NCBI RefSeq assembly: GCF_006345805.1
Contig: NC_043001.1
Location: forward strand, 79,732,001 to 79,796,000
Direction of reading: 5' to 3'
Length of the DNA stretch: 64,000 nucleotides
DNA from: Octopus sinensis
Taxonomy: Eukaryota
Part shown: positions 13,954 to 27,914 of the stretch, piece after piece
Position numbering within the stretch: the stretch's first letter is position 1
Layout: every line of letters starts with the position of its first letter
Translations under genes and position numbers: made by a program
Notes under the pieces: generated by a model
What the model saw: only the letters and a program-made list of their open reading frames with translations
Told to the model about the DNA's origin: nothing
The model's database searches: none

Positions 13954-14811
13954 CGTAGTCTGATCAATAAGTTGACGGACTGTTGCCATAGTAATGACGC
14001 TAAAACATGCAGGGAGAAAGCACTGGGCACAAATTACCCTTAAACTATAATGTGCATGCGCACAGTTTTAACATTCTAGCTCACTTCCGCTGTTTACAGC
14101 AGCGCTTGGAAAAACCGTGTGTAGCGTGTGATCGTCCCATTGACCTAGACAGAGAAAGTGGAACAGAGAATTTGCAGCAGATTTTGTCAAAAGCTTCACG
14201 ATACCTGCTGAGATGCCTAGGCAAAGTTTTCAAGATCATGTGCAACTGAAACCCGACTGTCTTTTTGGTTAGCTGAAATCAGTTTTGGCACAAACCTGGC
14301 AGATACGCGTCTCATACCTAAATCCTCAGTGACAATGGAGTGAACTGAAATGTAACTAATCTGCACATCCTATGATAACTCACGGACGGGGATTCAACGA
14401 TTTCCCCTCACAGCTGCGCTTTTCTCACTTTTTTCTCACTTCTGCTGCTTGTAGGTCTCTCAGAATGTTTGACAATATCGACGTTTTTCCAGCCATCTTC
14501 CAAATATCTGAACCACTCGTACACTTGTGTGCGCCTCATACATTCTTGGCCATACACTTTCTGCAACTTTGCGTAGGCCTCTGAGTAGGTATCGCAATAA
14601 CAACTTTCTCTGACATGATCAATGCGACGATCACACGCTGAACACCTTCCATCCAAGCACTGCTGTAAAACAGTGGAAGTTAGCTAGAACGTTAAAACTT
14701 AGTGCACATGCACAACAGAGTTAAAGGTCAATCTTTACCAAGCGGCTTCATTCTACGTGCCTCAGCTTCGTTACTATGTCAACAGTGCAGATATCTATTG
14801 ATCAGACTTCA
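13954..14811 (-). mobile_element. Non-autonomous mariner derivative with two 5-prime ends
   Basis: TIR GTCTGATCAATAAG ... CTATTGATCAGAC; inverted arms of about 270 bp. Minus strand encodes a decayed mariner N-terminus (SEAYAKLQKVYGQECMRRTQVYEWF ... SVHSIVTEDLGMRRVSARFVPKL); no catalytic domain. Confidence 0.85.
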
Positions 14812-14863
14812 TCTCTCTCTCTCTTTTTCTCGTTTATATACTCGTATATATATATATATACAT

Positions 14864-14912
<49 letters not shown>

Positions 14913-15384
14913 CACACACACACGGGGTCTTATCAATAAGTATCTGGACTCGAGTATAGGGTTAACAAATTTTTTCTTCACTCTAGTGCCTACGAGCAGC
15001 TTGCCTTAAGAATCCCTTTTTCTAGTGGTTTGGGTTTAACTCCCCATTTTAGCATGTAAGAAGCGCTGTGAAGTATCTTCTCTCCGTGTATAAGCTTTAT
15101 ACACACACACACACACACACACACATACATACATATATATATTCAGCGGTTGGGTATTTCATCTCAATCGCTAGGTCGTTTCGTTCAATTCCCACACCAG
15201 ACTACGCGTCGTGTTCTCCAGCAAAACACTCCAATCCATTTCTGTGGGTGAGAGGTTGAGAGAATCGTCGGCACGTCGGCAGAAGTGTTTTACGGTTCAT
15301 GTTCCGGTTCTCTACATTCTTTATTCAAATCCCATATGCCTGGACAAAGCAAAAGGGAAACCACGTTAGTATTCATCCCAAGTG

Positions 15385-15712
15385 TCGGTGGTTAGATCCA
15401 TGGGCTCACAACCATGAGGTAGTGAGTTTGTATCCCGGACTGGGCTGTGTATTGTGTTATTGAGCAAGAGACTATATCATGTTGCTCCAGTTCACTCAGC
15501 TGTAGAAATGAGTTGCAATGTCACTGGTTTCAAGCTGCATCGGCGTTTATTTTACCCTTGGATAACATCGCTGGTGTGGAGCAGGGAGCCTGATTTGTAT
15601 GAGCGACTGCTGGTCTTCCATAAACAACCTTGCACAGACTTGTGCCTCGGAGGGTAACTTTCTAGGTGCAATCTCATAGTCATTTATGACCGAAGGGGGT
15701 TTTAACCATTTC
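15385..15712 (+). mobile_element. tRNA-derived SINE (family C, diverged)
   Basis: GGTGGTTAG head and TTGAGCAAGAGACT...GTTGCTCCAGTTCACTCAGCTG core shared with 56173 and 57922. Confidence 0.75.
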
Positions 15713-15999
15713 TCCTAAATTTGTTTTAAGAAAGAAAATTAAGGAAATGGTCTAAGAAATTTATCCTGGATATCAGAACGGATATATTTACATTTCATTA
15801 AAATATGCTACTGGTTTTAATAGTCTTAAAGGGCGATTTAGTCATTCTGTAGGAGAAGGGGAAAATAAATAAAATTATGTTAATATTTCACACAGACATA
15901 TCTTCTCATACACAAATAAATATACACGGAAATATATATACGCATGCGCATGCACCTTTTCTTTAGTTTACCTATCGTCATCCGGTGAGAGCGATTACT

Positions 16000-16388
16000 G
16001 ACTGAAAGGTTAGCACGCCGGGCGAAATGCTTAGCGATATTTCGTCTGTCACTACGTTCTGAATTCAAATTCCGCCGAGGTCGAGTTTGCCTTTCGTCCT
16101 TTCGGGGTCGATTAAATATGTACAAGCTACGCACTGGGGTCGATATAATCGAATTTACCCGTTTGTCTGTCCTTGTTTATCCCTTCTGTATTTAGCCTCT
16201 TGTGGGTAGTAAAGAAATAGGTATTCTGTCTCTCTTTACGTACTGAGTTCAAATTCCGCCGAGGTCGACTTTCCCTTTCATCCTTTAGAGATCGATACAT
16301 AAAGTACAAGTTCCATACTCGAGTCGGTCTAATCGACTGGCCCCCTCCTTCAAAATTTCGGGCCTTATTCTGAGAGTAGAAAAGAATT
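16000..16388 (+). mobile_element. SINE family B, head-to-tail dimer
   Basis: Two copies of TTCAAATTCCGCCGAGGTCGA joined by GTGGGTAGTAAAGAAATAGGTATT. Confidence 0.85.
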
Positions 16389-16770
16389 TTTCCTTATATA
16401 AGTTTTGGAGGTGTATATAATGTTCTTAGAAAACTCACAAGGTGCTGGTAGTGTGCTTCCTTCTGATGGCTACTGGTTAGAAGTGGTAGCAGCAGCAGTA
16501 GTAATAGTAGTAGTAACTATTTAAAGCAACAACACCGTGTGAATTTTGTTAGAATAATATATGAATATCCAGAACTGATATCTTGAAAGATAAATTCATT
16601 CACAATTTATTTCAAGTTATTTCAATTTACTTTCTATTCTCTTACAGTATGACTAAGTTGTTTTCAAATTGATTGAAACCGTTAGCACATTGTGATAGAG
16701 CTGCAAATATCTTTTGTTTGTCAGTGAGAAATTTCTCAGAGAATTTGCTTCTTTTTGCGTTTGGAAGTGA

Positions 16771-16808
<38 letters not shown>

Positions 16809-16810
16809 TA

Positions 16811-16875
<65 letters not shown>

Positions 16876-18239
16876 TATGTGTATGTATGTATTTATATAC
16901 ATATATGTATATATATATATATACGTATGTATGTATGTATGTATGTATGTATATATATATATATATATAAAGAGAGAGAGAGATGCATATATGTACGTGT
17001 GTGAGTGTGTAGACATATATATTAATATAATAAAATATAATATAATATATATACATACATATATATATATACATCTCGTGTATAAAAGGGAATATGTTAC
17101 CTCTTTAAGAAATATATATCCATTTACCAATATAACAAATTTATTAACTTATAATATAATGTGTATGCTCAAGCAGATTTTGTTTTTCAATGGAGAAGTT
17201 TAAGAATAAGTAAACGGGGAAAAAAAACTCGAATTCTGGATGAAATCTTTATCACATCCGTTTTAGTCCACTCATAATCTATCTCATTTACGTACAGACA
17301 CTTTTTGAAAAGATAAAAAGAAGCAAGATATAAGAACGCTGTCAATATGCTTGGCACTAGGAGCAAGACTTGGCAGTCGAAATTTAGTTATCACACCCAC
17401 AGCAAAGGAAGTAGCTCAAAAGAACTTAGAAACTTACCAAAAGAGATTTACTTAGATGCCTTTGATTTCTAGGGTAATATTGAAACTAACAACAACTACA
17501 ACAACTACTGCAATAACAACACCAACATCACTGTCATCATCATCATCATCATCAATAACAAAATTTCCACAGAGTTACATGGTGAAACGTGAGTGTATTT
17601 TCGTGGTTGTGTTTTAGTGTGTACACAAACGTGGTTCTGTGTGTGTGTGTGTGGTGTGTGTGTGCATGTGAGTGTGTGATTCTTTGTGCATGTGTGTGTA
17701 TGCGGGTGTGTGCATATATATATATACATATATATATATTATACATATATATCATATGTAGATGGATAAAAGCATTATGTATATATACATATATATGTAT
17801 ATATATCTATATGCATATATATATATATATATATGTGTGTGTATGTATGTGTATGTGTATGTATATTTATATGTTTTTATATGTGCGTATGCATATGTAC
17901 AAATATATCCATATATATGTGCATGTATGTATATATAAAATGTGTGTATGCACGTACAGACACCTACACTTACACACATACATACATGCACACCCACACA
18001 CAGAGACACGCAAACACACACAGACACACAAACACACACATAGCATAAGCACACAGAAATTTCTAAAATGTGAGTGAGTGTGTGTGTCTGAAATTTCTTC
18101 TGTAACAAATCCACAATTTTTTTTATCAGCCTCTATACACTATTAACTGAAGCCTGTTTATAGCATTCCTGTTTTTATACCATAAAATAAGAATATGCAT
18201 ACATAAATATACGTATATATTTATTATGTAAATGATAAT

Positions 18240-18820
18240 TCTATTATTGTAAGCTTAAAGCTTATAAGCGACGACTTTGTATTGGCAAATTTAAATAGTC
18301 TAGTATTGGGGCATATAAGTCCTCGACGGAAACAAAATGGGTGTCAGTACGTCTGTGGCGGGAACCCACGCGTCTTATAATATCGATTAGTGTGCTAACC
18401 AGTACACTAACTAACTAACCTACTCCTTTCTGTTATAATTTTATAGCGTTGGTTTGAAATGTTAAGTAGAGAAGCGGTGACAAGTAGTAATACTGGAAAT
18501 AATTATAAGCTTATAAGCGATCGCCGTGTATTGGCTTAAGAAAATATATAATATAAAGGCGTATAAGCCCTCGACGAGAAAAAAAGAAGTGTGTCTCAGT
18601 ATACATTGGACTTGAACCCGCACCTCTTATATTCGCGATATGTGTGCTAACCATGACACCAACGTAACTACTCAGATCCCTCTTTAAGAGTTAAGAGCTA
18701 TAATTTCAGAGTGTTGCTTTTTAAACAAATGTCCGTTTTCTGCGTTAATTGGAGAGGCGCTGACGACTGAAAGCTAATAAGCCTCCACTGTGCATTGGAT
18801 AAAGAAAATAGTCTATATAT
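18240..18820 (-). pseudogene. Diverged tandem array (period about 250-270 bp, just over 2 units) of tRNA-like genes
   Basis: Units start AAGCTTATAAGC. Each carries a minus-strand tRNA-like segment (18346-18415, 18598-18669). The second has D-stem GUGU/GCAC, T-loop GGUUCAAGUCC and a downstream T7 run (18585-18579). Confidence 0.55.
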
Positions 18821-18937
18821 AGGTTTATCAAAGAAAGTATTATATATTCATCATTACACGTGTTTCATTTGCTAATAGGAGTTATAAAACTGAACATGTA
18901 GTCGAAAACATGTGACATATCTCTCATCAGAAATTCT

Positions 18938-18996
<59 letters not shown>

Positions 18997-19160
18997 CAAG
19001 TAATAAAATATTTGCACTTGGATTTTGCGATTATATATATTTAGTCAACAGGTGTCCTTTAGTTAGTTAGAGGGGAGGAAAATGCACCTGGTAAAGCAGT
19101 AATGAGTGAGAGATGGGTAATACATATATATAAATGTGTGTGTGTTTGTGTGGGTGTGAA

Positions 19161-19204
<44 letters not shown>

Positions 19205-19209
19205 GTTAA

Positions 19210-19965
19210 TAACACCTATAAGATGGTGCTTTATCCATTCACCAAAGTGAATGAAGCCTTGGACAGGAAGAACTATTGTCGTTAGATGGAATCCAACGTT
19301 GTTCGGTTGTTTCGACCATGATCCATGACACATTCGCGTTGATAGTCCAGCAGTGGTGGTCAAGTCGCTTCTCCTCATCACCCCCTGGCTCCCAGCTTAA
19401 CTCCTCTTTCTTGCTCCAAAACCAACAAGAGGCTCTTTCAGTTGCCTCTCCCATCTTGCAGGCGGCCACCCTTCGCTCCCTACAACTCATTCCAACTGTT
19501 GTAAGCATTGTCCATACCGACTGAGCAGGGAATCCCCTACAGTCAACCACGACTCAGAAAAGCCATACCTGACATCTCTTCTTCCTTCAATCCTGCAGAA
19601 GGATCTCATATCTGGCATGATCCTGATCATGGGACTTCTCTTTGTGGTGATGTTTCTTGCGCCTTTCCTGCTCCAGGATATGAGCAAATCTTGCAAGCAC
19701 CCTATCATGGCGCCAGTTATATCTGCCATAAAAAAAGGCTACTTTGCACCCTGCCAACTTGTGTGCCAAAGTGCCCCTTTCTCCACAAAGTTTACACAGC
19801 TGGTCTTCCTTCAAGCTCCATCGGTGCTGCTTTGTTGGCGCCGAGAGTACGTCGTACATCATACACAGCTGAGAGAAGGTGCGAAATTGTTCCAACATCC
19901 ACAAGTCAGCGCTTGTGAGCTAATGCTTAAGAAGATCCCAATTAGTCCATGTACTCTGAGACACA
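19210..19965 (-). mobile_element. 3-prime remnant of an RLE-type non-LTR retrotransposon (HERO/NeSL-like)
   Basis: CKLCGERGTLAHKLAGC zinc knuckle, YNWRHDRVL motif and C-terminal DCRGFPAQSVW. Frameshifted, PD-(D/E)xK segment apparently deleted, microsatellites on both flanks. Confidence 0.85.
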
Positions 19966-20262
19966 ATATATACATACATATACACACACACACACACACA
20001 CACTATATATATATATATACATATATATACATATATATATATATTATATATATATATATATATATACATATATACATACATATATACATATATATATACA
20101 TATACATACACGTACATACATAGATACTACATTTTATGATGCGCAAATATAAATATAAAATCTAAATATTGTATCTACATATATTCAGAAGTATTTTGTA
20201 GATACAGAACTGTACTTATGTATACATTAAGTATATAAATATATGTGTACGTGTATTTATAG

Positions 20263-20298
<36 letters not shown>

Positions 20299-20349
20299 TA
20301 ATATATATATTATACATATATATATATATATATACATATATACATATAC

Positions 20350-20400
<51 letters not shown>

Positions 20401-21141
20401 TGTGTGTGTGTATGTATATACTGATATATACTGAGAGAGAAAGTGAGTGAGAGAGAGAGAAAGGTAGATAGATGGATAGATAGATATGTATGTATCTATG
20501 TATGGGAGGCAAACGAAAACAGTTACCTCTCTTCTATTCTTACACACGTATGTTTTCCATCATATATATTGTATTCACATCGCTATATACAAAATCCCCT
20601 TACTCACACACACACACACATACACAAATACAAACACATATATATATTAATGAAGACACATCTATACACGCGTACATTCCGATACGTACACAAACACACA
20701 GAGGAAAAGCCACACCAAATAAATTCGATGCCAACACACTAGCTATACTTTCAATGTACATCCCATAGCGCCATTCAAACATTAACCAGCAGCTATGTTA
20801 ACTAAATTTTCTGCCGGGCTTCACAAACACAACAGCATCTATGTCGATACTACACCTCCCTTGCACCAGAAACCGTGGGAGGGTGCTATGTTTTTATAGA
20901 CAAGAAAAAAAAGGCAGCACATCCTACAGTGGCGTTTGGGGTGTGTGGGGGGAGATGTAGTAGTATAGGTGTTGCTGACAGTGGTGATTGTGGTGCTAGT
21001 GGTGATAGTGATGTTTATCAAGGAGGAGAGTAAGTGAATTAGAAAATATAGGGAGCAGAGCAATTGCAGGGTGGGGTGGACCTTTGGTGGATTGGTGGCG
21101 TTCTTTCAGTCCCTGTTCGTGTTGGTGGTTTCTCGTTAGTA

Positions 21142-21198
<57 letters not shown>

Positions 21199-21548
21199 AG
21201 GCTGCGGTGGTGGTGTATATGTCGGCGTTGTAAAAGCTCTTGCAACAGTTATTGTGTGTTATGGTCCTTGCGATCTGAGGATCTCAACCGGGCACCTTAT
21301 GTTCCTTCGGAGTTTATATAAGACTTTCATATTAAAATTTATTTACGATAAGTCGTTATACTTCTACAAAACACAAAAATACTTCTACATTCTTTATACT
21401 GTATTTAATAATATTTAAGTATGAAAATATAAAAAGATTTCTATGCGGTAGAGTAAAATAGGAATGAAAAGGTCCCATAGTAAAATTTGTTTCAGAACAA
21501 AGACCTGCGATGATAAGTGGTTCCAGTGTTACTGAAGAGCTATTGTTA

Positions 21549-22105
21549 TTTCCTATTTCTTTATTGCCCACAAGGGGCTAAACATAGAATGGACAAGCAA
21601 GGACAGACAAAGGGATTAAGTCGATTACATTGCCCCCAGTGCGTAACTGATACTTAATTAATCGACCCCGAAATGATGAAAAATAAAGTCGACTTCGGCG
21701 GAATTTGAACTCACAACGTAACGGCAGACGAAATACCTATTTCTTTACTACCCACAAGGGGCTAAATACAGAAGGGACAAACAAGGACAGACAAACGGAT
21801 TAAGTCGATTATATCGACCCCAGTGCGTAACTGGTACTTAATTTATCGACCCCGAAATGATGAAAAGTAAAGTCGACTTCGGCGAATTTGAACTCACAAT
21901 GTAACGGCAGACGGAATACCTATTTCTTTACTACCCACAAGGGGCTAAACAGAGAGGGGACAAACAAGGACAGACAAACGGATTAAGTCGATTATATCGA
22001 CTCCAGTGCGTAACTGGTACTTAATTTATCGACCCCGAATGGATGAAAGGCTAAGTTGACCTAGGCGGAATTTGAACTCAGAACGTAACGGCAGACGAAA
22101 TATTG
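21549..22105 (-). mobile_element. SINE family B body, head-to-tail trimer (period about 183 bp)
   Basis: Three copies of TATTTCTTTA..CCCACAAGGGGCTAAA...GAATTTGAACTCA...ACGGCAGACG. Confidence 0.9.
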
Positions 22106-22588
22106 TTAGTAACAGGTTAAAGTTGGATATATTTTTTGGTGCTTCTTTGGATGATACGATGGTCTGTACTAATAATTTTGGTATTGATTAGTATCTTTTA
22201 GCGTTTACTTGTTTCATTCGTAGCATTTGCTGCCATGCTGGGCACCGACTTCATGGGTTTGGATGAACAAATTGACCACTGTACATATTTCGTTTTAAAT
22301 GTTTGTTACGTACCTAGTCTCTTGGTTTAATTTGCCAAATCGCTACGTTACGGGGACATATACAAATCAACACCGATTGTCAAGCGGTGGAACTCAACAA
22401 ATATAAATAGAAAGATTCACACTTACACACACACACACACATGCATACACACACACACACACTAAAATATATGTGCTTCATTCATATAATTAAGTGTGTG
22501 TGTGTTTGTGTGTGTGCGTACGCGTGTGTGTGTGCTCTTGCTTTGCTTATTCCATTCTAGCAGAGCAAGAGCACACACGAAAACGGAA

Positions 22589-22637
22589 ATTGTCACTGAT
22601 GAGGTCACAGATGTGTGACGAAAGATTTACGGACAAT
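22589..22637 (+). ncRNA. Degenerate hammerhead-like motif
   Basis: AUUGUCA-CUGAUGA-G-GUCACA-GAUG-UGUGAC-GAAA-GAUUUAC-GGACAAU. Perfect 6-bp helix II; helix I and III register imperfect. Confidence 0.5.
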
Positions 22638-22919
22638 GGACACGAGTTAGAATAAGAACAGTAATAAACGAGTGAAGAACGAATATACAGTACATGTGTT
22701 TATTTGGCAATAGAAAAATATGACCGTCCCGAAATGCAACTATATATATACGTACATATATATACAAACACACTCATACTTGCGGTGGAGTGTCTGACGA
22801 GCTTCGTCTTCCAAATCCATTCAAAAGGCTTTGGTCTATCCGGAGCTATACCAAAGATACTTACCCCAGGTATAATGCGATGGAAGAAAATGTGTAGAAA
22901 GGGAGCATATGTATGTATG

Positions 22920-22953
<34 letters not shown>

Positions 22954-23019
22954 TGTATGTATGTATGTATGTATGTATTATGTATGTGTGTATGTATGTA
23001 TGTATGTATGTAGCAAATC

Positions 23020-23205
23020 CAAAAAAAGAACAAACACAAAAACATAACAACGTGAGTACGTGGTACATGTAAATTATTAGCAGACGCTTAGGAAACGAGA
23101 GAAAGATGGTTTAACGTTTCGAGCAGACATACTTCTTCGGAAATAGAGATATGTCCAATAGAAGGGAAAAGGGACGCAGAAAATCGCCAACGATTCACAT
23201 GTGGT
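23020..23205 (-). mobile_element. Probable Penelope-like terminal fragment with hammerhead relic
   Basis: Insert between (TATG)n tracts. Minus 23143-23110 reads UUU-CCGAAGA-AGUAUGUCUGCUC-GAAA-CG-UU-AAA (core U4-to-C change). Confidence 0.45.
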
Positions 23206-24722
23206 TACAGTTTGAAATGATATGGGTCTAAACCCGGGAGGAAAAAAATGTGTATGTATGCATGTATGTATGTATGTATGTATGTATTTGTGTATGTATG
23301 TATGTATGTATGTATGTATGTATTATGTATGTATGCGTGTGTATGTATGTATATGTGAGCGTGTGGTTGTATACGACAGGCTACCACAGTTTTCGTCAAC
23401 CATACTCACTTACAAAGCATTTATCGGCCCTGAGCGATAATGAAAAACTCTTGCTCAAGCTACCACACAGTCGGACAGAAATCGAAACCGTGTGGTATAT
23501 TAAGCACAGTGATGTATTTGTCAATATTATTTTTTTTTACTTGCTCAATCATCAGACCGCGCCCTTGCTGGGACCCCAACTTGCGGAATTTTAAGTGGAA
23601 TGTATTAATCTCAGTACATTTTTTAAAATCTGGTACTTAATTTAGTGATATCTTCTGACGAGCCGCTAAGTTACGGGAACATAAACATCTTAAAAAGCGG
23701 TAGTGGGGAGACAAGCAGAAACATACACACACATATATATGTATACACACGAAGGGCTATTTTCAGCCTTCGTCAAATTAATCCACTCACAGTGAATTGA
23801 TCGGCCCTAAATTTAGAATACAGAATTACATGGAACAACCAAATTTGGAAATTTTCATTCAAGTTTTAAAATTTCAAAAACTCTGAAATTCGAACACTTT
23901 GAACAGGCATGTAAACAATTTGAAAGTGAAAAATTTTCAATGAAAATGTTTGAAAATTTTTCGCAAAAAACTGCAAAAAGAAAATACACTCTACGTTACA
24001 CTGTAGTAATATTTCAGCTCAAGTAAACAATTACTGCATTCTTTTTTTTTTTTTTTTTTTTGCGCAGATTCAAAACCGAAAGTTCAATTTTTAGGAACGC
24101 GTCAAAAAAAATAGGAAAAGAAAATATACGTAGTGGATGTAGTATTTTAAGCAGACAACAACTTGATTTGTTACTATGGAAATAGGAACGCATGTCTCCG
24201 TGGCCTTTGATTGGCTAAAATTAATCAAACTTTAAAGCTATTAACTTTTTATTTATTAATTGTTGGCAAAAATATGTGTCATTTCTATAATTAACTTCTA
24301 TGTAGTTTTGTAAGCTAATTATGAAACTGAAATTCATTTTTGGAAACAGCTGAAACAAAATTTCTAAAATTGAAAATTGCGACGACATCAGTTCGATTCC
24401 TGGACGGGCAGTTCGCTGTCTCATTGAGCTAAACATTTAATTTCACATTGCCTTGCAATCATTTCGACATTTGACGTGAAGCATACTTGCGCACCTGCAC
24501 AAACTGCCACAATTTGATGGAAGGAATGAAATAATATACAGCACATACATTTGATCCCTATAAACATACCATCTGTGCAGGTCGTTCAGAAAAACTGAAC
24601 ACTCGTGCATAACCGACGGCAGGAGATTCCATCTTGTATATAAATTATAGCGATGATGGTAACTGCGATGGCATTTGTTGAGATAAACATAGTTTTAAAA
24701 GTTGATGAAGTTAGATGTTTGA

Positions 24723-24810
24723 GTGGTAGTGGTGATAACATTGACAATGGTGGTGGTAGTGGTGATAATATTGACAATGGTGGTGGTAGTGGTGATAATA
24801 TTGACAGTGG
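24723..24810. repeat. 30-bp minisatellite, 3 copies
   Basis: GTGGTAGTGGTGATAATATTGACAATGGTG repeated. Confidence 0.9.
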
Positions 24811-26177
24811 TTGTCGTGGTGCTGGTGGTAGCAGTCCTTATGGTAGTGTAGTTGTACGTCACACCGTGCCCTTTATTAGAATTTGTAAACAAAAGAGACG
24901 GCGCGAAAACGTTATAAATTGGGAAACTTTTGATACGCTAGAATGAGAAGTATGTCTGCGTTAGTGAGAACTATATGTTTATTATATATCTGTATATGCC
25001 CCAGCAAGGCCACAGCCTAAGAGCTGAAACACATAAGAGATAAAAGAATATGGTGGTGGGCGTTCAGAATAGTTAGCAAGCCGGAGAAAATATTTAGTGG
25101 CAATTCTTCCGGTTCGTACTTTCTGAGTTCAAATTCTACGGTGGTCACCTTTTCATTTAATCCTTTCTGGGTCGTTAAAGTGTGTATTATTCGAGCACTA
25201 TAGTCAATTTAGTCAAGTGGCTCCTCCTCCTAAATCTCAGACCTTGAACCTATAGTGAAATAAAATTTGTGTCAGTGTGTATCTGAGCATGCACGTGCAT
25301 CTGTGCCTGCATGTACTTATGTGTCCGAGTGATTCTGTGTGTGTGAGTGCGTTTATTTATTCGAAATTGTGTGCTTTGATTAAATATATGTTTATTTTAT
25401 GCGTGTGCATATGGATGCGTACCTATGAATGTGTTTGTGAAGAGGATATCGTGTGCGTGAGGGTGTTCAATATGTTTGTGTATATGTAAGTGTACATATG
25501 CCAGTCATTTTGTGTATATGTGTAATTAGATGAGTGAGCGTGTCTCTCTCTATATATATGATAGCCTCTGGACGCGTGCGCATGTGTGTATGTGTGTGTA
25601 TGAGGGCATCAGTGTGTATATAACTGTTGGTTTGTGTGTCTGCGTGTATGCAACTTTATGTGTAAATGTGCATGTGTGTATGCAGTTGTGTGTGAGTTTG
25701 TGAGTGTGTGCATCTGAGCGTCTGTGTTTGTATGCAATTGTGTGCTCTATTTATATTATATGTCAATGTATGCAATTCTGTTTGCATGATTGTGTGTTTG
25801 TGTACATATATGTATGCAATTGTGTGTGTGTAAGTGCATGTGTGGGTGGCTATGTGCATGTAATTGAATATGTGTGTGTCTCTCACTGACAGTTTGTACT
25901 TATATGCTCATGAATGTGTTATTCTTTATCTGAACTTGTGTCTATATCTTTATGTCTCTGAGCATTTATGTATGTATATGCATGTGTCTTGTGTGAGTGT
26001 GTGTGTTTGTGTGCGTGTATGTGTGTGTGTGAGCATGTGTGGGTTTCTGTCTGTACGCGCACGTAGCGGTATCACTTTTGGGCATTGGAATTAGTGAGGT
26101 GTTGTGAAAATGCCACCAAGTCCCTAAGTAGATTTCAGCATAGTAGTGTGACTGGGGTGTGGGGTGTTAATATATAC

Positions 26178-26254
<77 letters not shown>

Positions 26255-26822
26255 ATATACATACATACATATGTATGCGTGTTTGTATATGTATGTATGG
26301 ATATATACATGCATATGATTATATATGAAATATATATATATGTGTGTATATATATATATAAATTTACATGTTTGTATGTATATAAATATATATATATATA
26401 TGTATATATATATGTATATATATATATATATTATATATATATATAATATATATATATATACACTCACACTCATACACTCATATGTATGTAATGGAAACGT
26501 CTACGGTACAGTTAAGAGCAGAGAGGTCAGGGAGTTAGAATGAAGATAGACACAGATATAAGAGCGGGGGAATTGGGGGAATGTACAAAGACAAGGGGTT
26601 CACATATGTCAAAATCGAGATTGTTGGAGTAGTATAGAGCGGGGAACAGGGCAGGTGGAGGGAAAAGATGCTGTACGTAGTCTAAAGACAACTGAAAAGC
26701 CGAGTGTACCGAAATATAATCACATCTTGTGTATAATATATATTATATTTTGGGCGTAGTTTGTCACTGTTCTCACGAATTGTGTTATTGTTGTTGTTCA
26801 TTATTATTGATTATTATTATTA

Positions 26823-26902
<80 letters not shown>

Positions 26903-27259
26903 TGTTACATTTGTATTTGTTGATATTATCCATGTTGTTGATGTTGCTAATTTCATCGATGGCGTATATTTCCCATGTGTTTTATTAGATTAAACGTAAC
27001 AGAAAAAAAACCCAGTAAATATGTATGCATATAATATGTATGTGCGCAAAACTGTATCTAAGTATATACATATAGGTGTGTGTGTGTGTATGATTTACTT
27101 ACAAAAAATATATATGCCTGTTTGTGTCTATATGTGTATGTATACATGCTTGTGTAGCTTTCTCTCACTTTTCCCACATATATGTCTAATCATCAGTATG
27201 TATCTATTATTATATATATGTATGTATCTATCAGTCTATGTATGTATCTGTCTTTCTAA

Positions 27260-27303
<44 letters not shown>

Positions 27304-27516
27304 ATATCTATCTTTCTTTCTTTCTTTCTATTTATCTGTCTGTCTGTCTTTCTGTATGTTTGCCTGCCTGCCTATCTATCTAGCTTGCTATCTATCTACC
27401 TATCCATTTATATACCAGTGTATCTATTTATTTATATCTATCTACTTATATTAGATAGATAGATAGATAAATAGAGAGATAGAGAGATAGGCAGATAGAT
27501 AGGCAGACATACAGAC

Positions 27517-27579
<63 letters not shown>

Positions 27580-27588
27580 CAGACATAC

Positions 27589-27654
<66 letters not shown>

Positions 27655-27914
27655 GTAGACGGGTAGATAAAAAATATATAGATATATACATACAAACACA
27701 TATAATCATGCATAAATATAGATATACGCTTATATACATGCATACATATGCGTATCTCAACATGTACAGGCGCGCAAAATGCGTATGTATACATATGTAC
27801 GCATACACACACACACAAACACACGTGTGTATGTATACATACGTACATACACACACATACACATTGAAGCAGTGAGAGCCTAAAGTCACACACCAAAACA
27901 TTTGACATTATATG

